Source of the DNA: Octopus sinensis
Taxonomy: Eukaryota
Direction: 5' to 3'
Length of the DNA: 64,000 nucleotides
NCBI RefSeq assembly: GCF_006345805.1
Contig: NC_042999.1
Location: 130,820,001-130,884,000, forward strand
Position 1 is the stretch's first letter. Every line of letters begins with the position of its first letter. A program made the translations under genes and the position numbers. Under the pieces are notes generated by a model. It was not told where the DNA came from. It saw only the letters and a list, made by a program, of their open reading frames with translations, and did no database searches. Positions 54,575 through 64,000 of this stretch are shown here, in pieces.

Positions 54575-55050
54575 CCTATAAATAGTAGATAGTTTCCATT
54601 ACTTTGGTGATCAAGTTAACAATGAAGGTTGGGCAAAGTTCAGAGAGCTTCTATCTTTGTTGGTAACAAAAGGCCTCTCCATCAGAATGAAAAGCAGATT
54701 TTATGATGCCTGTGTATGAAGAGTTATGCTACATGGCAGTGAGACATGGGCTGTGACAACTGAGGACATGTAAAAGCTTGAAAGAAATGAAGCTAGCATG
54801 CTCTGCTAGATGGGTAATATCAGTGTGATATGGTCATATTGATGTGTATGAATGAGGACAGCTGCATCAAGAAGTGCTGATCTCTTATTGTAAAGGGAAT
54901 GTGTGGAAGGTGTAAAACCAGGAAGACATGAGACAAAGTGGTGAGAAAGGGTCTTCAGATGTTGGACATCACAGAGGATATGATAAGGGACCAAGACTTC
55001 TAGCAGTTTGCTGTACTTGAGAAGACATCTCAAGCTAAGTAAAATCATGG
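54575..55050 (+). mobile_element. Old internally deleted RTE C-terminal fragment
   Basis: Degenerate match to the VDSFRYLGDQ...WAKFRELL...YDACV...LHGSETWAV region of the two RTE copies. Confidence 0.75.
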
Positions 55051-55279
55051 TATTCCATACCTAGAGGCATGTCCTCTACATCCCTCTCTCAGCTGAGAGA
55101 TCCTAGTCTTGCAGGCTTGTGGGTGTTGGTGTTATGTGAAGCACCGATGTCGGTGCCACATAAAAGTGCCCATACTGATTCCACATAAAAGCATCCATGC
55201 CCATTTTACATAAAAGCACCCATGCTGGCGCCATGCTAAAAACACCCAGAACACTCTAAAGTGGTTGGCATTAGGAAGG

Positions 55280-55523
55280 TGAAAGGTAGGAGAGTCCAGT
55301 TTGCTGGACATTGTTGTAGAGCTGAAAAAGAGGTAATTTCTACTCTTCTCCTCTGGAAGCCATCTACTCACAATGCCAGAGGGCGCGCACTCTCCTACCC
55401 TGATGTAATCTCCAGGGATACAGGCATCCAGCAACAGGACCTCCGTAATGCCATGATGGACCATGAAGTCTAGCATAGCATGGTAAATTCCAATGTCTCG
55501 ACCATGGTCAAACAATGATGATG
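55280..55523 (+). mobile_element. 3' fragment of a different RTE-like LINE inserted into an RTE-tail repeat
   Basis: RRVQFAGHCCRAEKEVISTLLLWKP...DTGI...AMMD C-terminal pattern, (ATG)n tail, and a 10-bp TSD ATTAGGAAGG at 55270-55279 and 55524-55533. Confidence 0.75.
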
Positions 55524-57017
55524 ATTAGGAAGGGTGTCCAACTGTAGAAACTATGCCAAAAAAGACAAATGGAGCCTGGGCATCTCTCCTGTCAAACTGT
55601 CCAACACATTCCAGCATGGAGAATAGACATTGAATGATGATAACATAGATTGGAAAATAAAAGGAAATGGTTTATGAGATTTTACAGAAGAGAACTGATC
55701 AAGTAACACTCATCTCAAGTCTTTTGCAATACTTTTCAGAGTTTAATCATCATCATCATCATCATTGTTGTCACCACCACCAGCTTCATCAACATCATCA
55801 TTTTAATGTCTGTCATCGATGTTAGCATGAGAAGCTGGTGAACCAAAAGACTGCACCAAGCTCCAATATCTGCTTTGACATGGTTTCTACAGTTGGATAC
55901 CCTTACTAAAGCCAACCACTTTGCAGAATGTACTGGGTGCTTTTTACATGGTACTGATACCAGTGAGGTCACCAAGTAACTCATGGAATAAAACTCCATC
56001 AACTGAGGAGGGGGTTGTAGCATTGAGTGGGATGTCTTTATGCTGGGTAATGGTAGTTTTAAATACGATAAAAAGGCAGGTACAGGTGCCTTGTTGTGGG
56101 GGAAATACATGGTTACCTTGGTTGGAAAAGAGAGAAGATGGTAAAGATGATGAATAATGAAATTATTGTGTATAACGCTCAGCAAGGGCCTTATTTCAGT
56201 GGGGTACCAAAGGACAAGTCCCACACACATACACACATTTTTTCAGGAACAGGGGACAAACCATCTTTTGTCCCCACTACTTTTTCCCAATTAAAAAACA
56301 AAGTATCACCATCAATCTAGGTGGCAGAAATATTGCCACAATCACATGGCCATTTAGGATGGGAACTCGCTAATAAAAATGTCAACAATTTAATCATTGG
56401 ACTGAATCATTAATCCAATAACTATGAAATACCTCAGTGCAGTAAATAATGACAATACTCATTCTGTGTGAATAACTTTACAATCAAGATTTTATTCAGA
56501 CATGTGACAAACGAACGCATGCAGTGAGTATACAATGTTCAATAAAGATTTCTGGAAAGAAGAAAAGTTTTTGAACAACTTGCCATGTTCCGTGATAACT
56601 TAGAGTAAATAGAAATAAATCAAGCTGCGAGATTTACTTCCCACGGGTACTAGACATAGAATACCATGATATCGAATTCATGTGCCTGGCTCTCATGGTT
56701 TCAGTGGACCTTGTTGCATCTCGAAGAAGCAGTTAGAGAAGAAAGACTGATTTAAGTGGGAATGGATGCTTATAAAGGTAAAGTGCTAATAGTGACCTCC
56801 TGCATATTATTTTGATGTTATGCGTAGTAAATTAGCAAAGGGAGAGTTAATCATGTTCGCCCGGAATATTCTAGATTGTTCGAGAATGTTTGATCAGGAG
56901 AGATAACTGTTGTTGACTCCCAATGAATATTTTGTGGGCTTGCAAAACTGTTTCAATTAGCATTGCCTACAACTATATGGCTTATAGACACAGGCTTAAG
57001 CAGTTATTAGATTACAC

Positions 57018-57219
57018 CAGTGGTTTTCAACCAGGGTTCCGCCAGTACAGTCCAGGGGTTCCGCAAGAAGTTACCAAAACTGCTAAAATCGTCAGTAATT
57101 TTTAATTCTCCTGTGCAGATATGTGTGCATAAGACTATTAAATTATTGCACAGGGGTTCCTCGAGCCAATGGACTGCTTCCTTGGGGTTCCGCTCCAGCA
57201 AAAAGTTTGAAAAGCACTG
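57018..57219. mobile_element. hAT-type MITE
   Basis: Imperfect TIRs CAGTGGTTTTCAA / TTGAAAAGCACTG and a perfect 8-bp TSD GATTACAC (57010-57017, 57220-57227). Confidence 0.88.
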
Positions 57220-57284
57220 GATTACACATTGTGTATCAAAGTGATATGCACAACCTTTACAGGAAAGTAAATTTATCCCTACAT

Positions 57285-60200
57285 AGGCTCAGGCATGGCT
57301 GTGTGGTAAGAAATTTGCTTCCCAACCACATGGTTTCAGGTTCAGTGCCACTGCATGGTACCTTGGGCGTCTTCTATTAGAACCTTGAGCAAACCAAAGC
57401 CTTGTGAGTGGATTTGGTAGACAGAAACTGAAAGAAGCCCATCATATATACATATACATACATACATATATATATATGTGTGTATATATATATATATATA
57501 TCTGGCCGATGCCAGCCTCGCCTGGCACCAGTGCAGGTTGCACGTAAAAAGCACCCACTACACTCACGGAGTGGTTGGCATTAGGAAGGGCATCCAGCTG
57601 TAGAAACATTGCCAGATAAGACCAGAGCCTGGTGCAGCTTTCTGGCTTCCCAGATCCCCGGTCGAACCGTCCAACCCATGCTAGCATGGAGAACGGACAT
57701 TAAACGATGATATATATATCATCATCATCATCGTCGTTTAATGTCCGTTCTCCATGCTAGCATGGGTTGGACGGTTCGACCGGGGTTCTGGGAAGCCAGA
57801 AGGCTGCACCAGGCTCCAGTCTAATTTGGCAATGTTTCTACAGCTGGATGCCCTTCCTAACGCCAACCACTCCGTGAGTGTAGTGGGTGCTTTTTACGTG
57901 CCACCTGCACAGGTGCCAGGCGGGGCTGGCAACGGCCACGGTCAGATTGGTGTATTTTATGTGCCACCGGCACGGAAGCCAGTCGAGGCGGTGCTGGCAT
58001 CGGCCACGAGTCGGATAGTGCTTTTTACGTACCACCAGACCAGGGATCCTGGCTGGTTCAATTCGATTTCGATTTCGCTTGCCCCAACATGTCTTCACAA
58101 GCAAAGGGGGTTGGCAAGGGTGCCTGTCGTACGGTCGCATTGGAGTATTTTACGTGCCACAGCCACGAGTCGGATAGTGCTTTTTACGTACCACCAGACC
58201 AGGGATCCTGGCTGGTTCAATTCGATTTCGATTTCGCTTGCCCCAACATGTCTTCACAAGCAAAGGGGGTTGGCATGGGTGCCTGTCGTACGGTCGCATT
58301 GGAGTATTTTACGTGCCACGGCCCCGAGTCGGATAGTGCTTTTTACGTACCACCAGGCCAGGGATCCTGGCTGGTTCAATTCGGTTTTGATTTCGATTTC
58401 GCTTGCCCCAACATGTCTTCGCAAGCATGGGGGGTTGGGATGGGTGTCTGTCGTCGGATGAGGTTCTATATCGACTTCGCTTGCCTCAACCGGTCTTTGT
58501 GTCCAAGGGAGGAAAGGCATTCATAAGTGGGCTGGGCTCACTTGTCCTGCCTGGTCTTCTCACGTACAGAATATTTCCAAAGGTCTCGGTCTCTGGTCAT
58601 TTCCTCAGTGAGGCCTAAAGTTCGAAGGTTGTGCTTCACCACCTCGTCCCAGGTTTTCCTGGGTCTACCTCTTCCACGGGTTCCCTCAACTGCTAGGGAT
58701 TGGCACTTTCTCACACACCTATCTTCATCCATTCTCGCCACATGACCATACCAGCGCAATCGTCTCTCTTGCACACCACAACTGATGCTTCTTAGGTACA
58801 ACATTTCTCTCAAGGTGCTAACGCTCTGTCGAGTATGTACACTGACATTACACATCCATCGGAGCATACTGGCTTCATTCCTCACGAGCTTACGCATGTC
58901 CTCAGCAGTCACAGCCCATGTTTCGCTGCCATGTAGCATGGCTGTTCGTACACACGCATCATACAGTCTGCCTTTTACTCTGAGCGAGAGGCCTTTAGTC
59001 ACCAGCAGAGGTAAGAGCTCCCTAAACTTTGCCCAGGCTATTCTTATTCTAGCAGTTACACTTTCAGCGCACCCACCCCCACTACTGACTTGGTCACCTA
59101 GATAACGGAAGCTATCAACTACTTCTAGTTTTTCCCCCTGGAAAGTGACGGAAGTTGTTTTCTGCAGATTTTCGGAGGTTAATGCTCCCGAGCATCTGCC
59201 ACATACAAAAACTATCTTCCCAGTTAGCCTACCTTTGACATTGCTGCACCTCTTATGTGTCCATAGCTTACACTGGGTACATCTTATAGAGTTTCTACCT
59301 ACACCTTTTCTACAGATCGAGCAGGGCCATCTTCCTGAAGATATTTGTGGATTGTCTACCTTTCTACTTATTAGTACTTTGGTTTTAGCTAGGTTGACTC
59401 TAAGGCCCCTTGATTCTAAACCCTCCTTCCACACCTGGAACTTCTCCTCCAGTTCTGATAGTGACTCAGCAATAAGAGCAAGGTCGTCAGCGTAGAGGAG
59501 CTCCCAGGGACAGCCTGTCTTGAATTCCTCCGTAATTGCCTGGAGTACTATGATAAATAGGAGGGGGCTGAGTACTGAACCCTGGTGGACCCCAACCTCT
59601 ACTTTGAATTCTTCTGTGTACATGTTGCCAACCCTAACCTTACTTACGGCATCTCTGTACATGGCTTGCACAGTCCTCACCAGCCATTCATCTATCCCTA
59701 GTTTCCTCATTGACCACCAGATAAGGGATCGGGGGACCCTATCAAAAGCTTTCTCCATGTCAACGAAAGCCAGGTACAGGGGCTTATCTTTGGCTAGGTA
59801 TTTCTCCTGCAGCTGCCTTACCAGGAATATAGCATCAGTGGTACTTTTTCCTGGCACGAACCCAAACTGCATCTCATCTAAACTAACTCTCTCTCTAATT
59901 AGTTGGGCTATGACCCTCTCCGTAACCTTCATTACTTGATCCAACAGCTTGATACCTCTGTAATTATTTGTATCTAGGGCATCACCTTTACCTTTGTAGC
60001 AGTTGACTAGTATGCTGCTGCACCAGTCATTGGGTATGACTCCTTCGTGTATCACCTGGTTGACTATACGGGTGACTAGGTTATAGCCGACACTGCCAGA
60101 TATTTTGAGCATCTCTGCAGTAATTCCTGATGGGCCTGGGGCTTTCCCTGTCTTCATGCTTCTAATTGCCTTAGCTACCACGGAACTATCAACTCGGATA

Positions 60201-60690
60201 GCTGGTCCCTCTGTAGGGTCAACATTCGGCAGACTCTCTTTATCCCATTCATTTTCCTCATTCAGTAACCTTTCATAGTGGCGTCTCCAAGCTTCTCTCT
60301 TTGCATCCTCATTTAGCACAAGTGAACCATCCTCCATGCGAACACATTTCTCTTCTACCACATCACGATTCTCTCTCACACACTGTCTTGCAACACGAAA
60401 TACCTCAAGTCTTTCATCCTCACGGCGCAGGACATTGGCAAATTTTCTCTTATCTGCTTCCCCTCTGGCTAGATGTGTATGTGGGTTTTTGTGTCTGTGC
60501 TTATCCCCCCCCAACACTGCTTGACAACTGGTGTTGGTGTTTACATCCCTGATACAGCAAAAGAGACCAATAGGCTTGAAAAATAATAAGTCCTGCTGTT
60601 GATTTGTTCAGCTAAAACCCTTCAAGGTGGTGCTCCAGCATGGCTGCACTCAAATGACTGAAGCAAGTAAAAGAATAAAAGAAAACATCT
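57285..60690 (+). mobile_element. Nin-like SINE split in two by insertions: 5' half 57285-57500, 3' half 60474-60690
   Basis: The head and central domain end in the internal (TA)/(TG) tract at about 57500; the body resumes with GTGTCTGTGCTTATCCCCC at about 60490 and ends in the GGTGGTGCTCCAGCATGGC tail. Confidence 0.75.
57717..60473 (-). mobile_element. 5'-truncated RTE-clade LINE, copy 2, with an uninterrupted RT frame
   Basis: Open frame from about 60473 to 58538 (the first 14 or so residues of the listed 659-aa ORF come from flanking SINE); same family as copy 1; 3' UTR contains three 159-bp repeats (58008, 58167, 58326) and a (GAT)n tail. Confidence 0.95.
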
Positions 60691-60859
60691 ACATGTATGT
60701 ACATACTAACTTATTCACATATTCACAAACCTTAATAATTGTCTTAGTCATTCAAATTGCACACAAGTTGGTTGAGTATCTCTTCCTCCATAGCAGTGGT
60801 TCTCAACTATTTTTTACCTATGGATCCCTTTGATTCCTATTTTATTAGGGTTAGCTCTC

Positions 60860-63800
60860 CTAACCAGGGGCATAGCTAGGGTGGGACAAGCAGTGCCCTG
60901 GGTTCCACTGATAGCTGTACTCTTCCCAGATGCAAAATACATGTTCTATGTAAATTATCAAGCCTGAAATCTCTGGGCACTGTACAAGAGCGTTGCAGGA
61001 CAGTTTCCTTGTCCTGCCCACACCTTGGGCATGCTGATGACACTGATATTCCGTGCCTGGACAATTTATCGTGGACAGGTAATGTATCCCTGTAACACTG
61101 CCAGGTCAGGGATCTTTGGTAATCATCCAAATAGCCCAGCCTGAAGGTTTTTTTAAACAAGTTGGCTAACTAGTTCTCATCGAACCCCAGAGCCTCTCCT
61201 AAGATGTCATCGCTCTTATACTCTACCATCCCTTTATAAAATGCAGTGGTGGTATTTCTGCTGCCGGCCTTGTCTGCCCTGTGGATTAGCACGAGGGTCT
61301 GTCGGCACTCCTCTTGCCATTCAGTCAAATCAGGTGTAAATTCTTCCAAGGAGGCCACTTGTGGAAAGAATTCCTCTGCAAGCGAATTCCACACCTGGCC
61401 ACCATCCAGGTAGAGCCAGAGATGCCTTAGCCTCAGTGCATGCCTGCACCTCAATAACCACAGCATCCCTAAACCCACCCTTTAGCGGTTCTTGGCAGCA
61501 TATGGAACACCTCACAAGTGGTTTTCCCCTCCACAAAAAGCGGAAGAGGAGTCGCACCAACTTGTATAGCAACGAATTGGCAAGGGACAACAGTCAGACA
61601 GTAGGTGATAGCAGATGCAATAAACACCTGTACTACCTTCGCCCTCCCTTTCAGGGACAGCACCCTTCCAGACTAGGGCCTCCACCCTACCTGCCACCTC
61701 GCTCCAATTCTTCTCTGTCTGGAAATCTGGTCCAAACCAAACTCCAAGCAACTTAACAGGACCATCCATCCAGTGCCCCACAACATTGGACGTTATCGGC
61801 TTGCCGCTCCAAGTGCTGAGCCACAAACCAATTGACTTATCCTTGTTAACTTTTGCCCTTGCCACCGCCTCATATCCTTTGATTGCATCCTCTACACAAG
61901 GTAGCTGAACTACATTCGACACAGTGATGGTGATGTCATCCACATATGCAGAAACAGACTTACCACATCCAATTTCATTGGAGATGCCTCCTAAACTCTC
62001 CATCCTCTGCAGCAATGGCTCAAGAGTCAGTACATACAGAAGCGGAGACAGGGGGCACCCTTGACGAACTGAGCACTTGATCTCAAACACCTCTGATAGG
62101 TAACTGTTTATTTGGACTGTGGATTTGATGCCACCATAAATGGCCTTGATTCAACTGCGAAAATCCGAGCCTAGCCCAGCCACCTCAAGGACTGTCGCCA
62201 GGTACTGGTGGTCTACCTTATCGAAAGCTTTACTTTGATCTAAATGGACCAATGCCCCACCTTTACCGAATACTTTACCCTCCCTGTCTAAAGTGTAGCA
62301 TAAGAGATGAAGATTGTCCTGGATTGACCTGCCTGGGATGGCGCATGTCTGCACCTTCTCTACAAGTTTCTCCACGACACACGTCAAACTTTTTGCTAAC
62401 ACCTTGGCCAAAATTTTTAACTCTACATTGAGTAGAGTTATGGGCCTAAAGTTACTAATATGATACCTCTTGCTCAGGTCTTTTCTGGTCAGTGTCACCA
62501 CTCCCTGACTTACAGAGCTGGGAATCCTCCCATTCTGCTGCCAGTTCGTATAGATGCAAGCCAGTAAGTGTCCAAACAAATCCAGCATACTATGATAAAA
62601 TTCATAGGGCAGACCATCCAGCCCTGATGACTCATTCCCAGTGCATTCAGCCAGCACCTCCTCAACCTCCGCAGCTGTAATCAGCCCTTCACAACATTCC
62701 ACCTCCTGTACCAAGAGTCATGGCCCGATGGCGAGGAAGTCCTTTAGGGATTCCCCACAATCCAGTGCCCCTCTTATCCCAAACAACCAGGCGACATGCC
62801 CCTGCTTGTCAATCAAAGACTTTATAGAGGCTTCACCTGCCTCTCCAACTTTCTACATGACATGCCCATCCTGCAACATTAATACCTTCTCTACCCGCCA
62901 CCCGTAACGTAGCCCTGACTCTACACCCTTCGTGTTTGGGTTTGAGATGACAGAATAGCACCGCCATTACTCTGGATGAAGAGCCAGATTCCATGACCTC
63001 TAATTCCTTAATTAGATTCCTTTCTATTCTAGTCTTCTCTAAACTTAGCTGTTTACTAAAGCTAAGAGACTCAGAATGAATGGCTTGCTTGAGGGCACAC
63101 TACCATCTATTATTAATGATGGTACTGCATAATACCTTCTGCACTAACTCCTTAACCCAGGCATGGAAGACTTTACAAGTCAAAATAGACTTGTTCATCT
63201 TCCAGTACCTTGGTCCCTGTCTATGACACTTAACTAGGTGCACCTCACACGTCACAAATTTGTGATCCATGTAAGTTACACAATAAAAGCGTAGACAACT
63301 AAACGTATTCCCATCTCTCTCTTACAAATATCCTATCTAAATAAAATCTATATGAACTGTCGTTATTAGACCAGGTCCACTGTGGAACGACCGGTTCATC
63401 CAGTCTATATTAATCTACTAGGTTATAGCTGCCTAGCAGCCTTTTAAGGCTAGGACTTCCCCTTCTATCAAGCCAACTCTATCCACCTGTGCGTCGAGGA
63501 TAGTGTTAAAGTCTCCTGCTAAAACTAGAGTTTTTGATGTCACCAGAAAGCACTCCTGGTCTCGAAAAAATCCAGCTTGTCTACACTCCCTAGGAGTGTA
63601 AACAGCTACCAACCTGAAGGACTGCTTACTTGCGTGTTTCACATCTAGGATGACCAGCCTACCTTCTGGGTCCAGAAAGACTGTACTTACCCGTACATCC
63701 AAGTTTTTTTCTGAACAAGACCACCACACTCCCTCCTCCCTGTCAACTAGTAGAAATAAATTTCTCATGGCCATTTAGCAGAGGTGAGAACGCCTGTGGC

Positions 63801-64000
63801 CCATTCAGCTTGGACTCAGTCACTACACATATATCAATTTCTAGTAACTTGAGGTCGTTCAGGAGACAAGTATGCTTCCATTTCAACACCAGGCCACAAG
63901 CATTTATACAACCAAACTTAATTTCCATGGTAAAAATTTTTTAAAAACTTACATTTTAAGTATGGGAAGGGGCTGCACGAATTTGCCAACCTCCCCTTCC
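60860..64000 (-). mobile_element. Decayed Tx1/L1-clade LINE ORF2 (APE, RT, CCHC-like tail); 5' part likely continues beyond the window
   Basis: GCINACGL, VTESK, DPEGRLV, AGDFN (APE); GLDGLPYEFY, NFRPITLLN, LDQSKAFDKVDH, VRQGCPLSPLLY, YVDD (RT); CPRCGQDKET near 61000; many frameshifts. Confidence 0.88.

Noticed and set aside
57754-58461. 235-aa plus-strand ORF with a 53-aa repeated peptide
   Set aside because: It is the antisense reading of the 159-bp (multiple of 3) repeats in the RTE 3' UTR.

Overview
Repeat-saturated animal genomic DNA, most likely octopus. That call is an inference from the SINE/RTE repeat families and the long (TA)n tracts. The one host gene is a Herp/HERPUD orthologue on the minus strand. 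It has 8 coding exons (50561 down to 19892) that join in frame through GT-AG junctions into a 376-aa protein with an N-terminal ubiquitin-like domain and C-terminal membrane segments. The rest is mobile DNA: a full-length but frameshifted CR1-clade LINE with an unusual Myb/SANT-like + polyQ + 2xCCCH ORF1, a truncated CR1, two 5'-truncated RTE LINEs with a PHD-like finger inside the RT and tandemly amplified 3' UTRs, a Tx1/L1-like LINE, two decayed mariners, hAT remnants, two non-autonomous Helitrons, foldback elements and many SINEs. The most striking object is a 580-bp palindromic insertion (53674-54253) with a 12-bp target-site duplication. Each arm is a tRNA-like Pol III head followed by a minimal type I hammerhead ribozyme, intact in one arm and mutated at G12 in the other. 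A partial duplicate of the first HERPUD coding exon, with its acceptor intact, lies in the following intron. Repeat boundaries were read by eye and are approximate unless a TSD or splice site is quoted.
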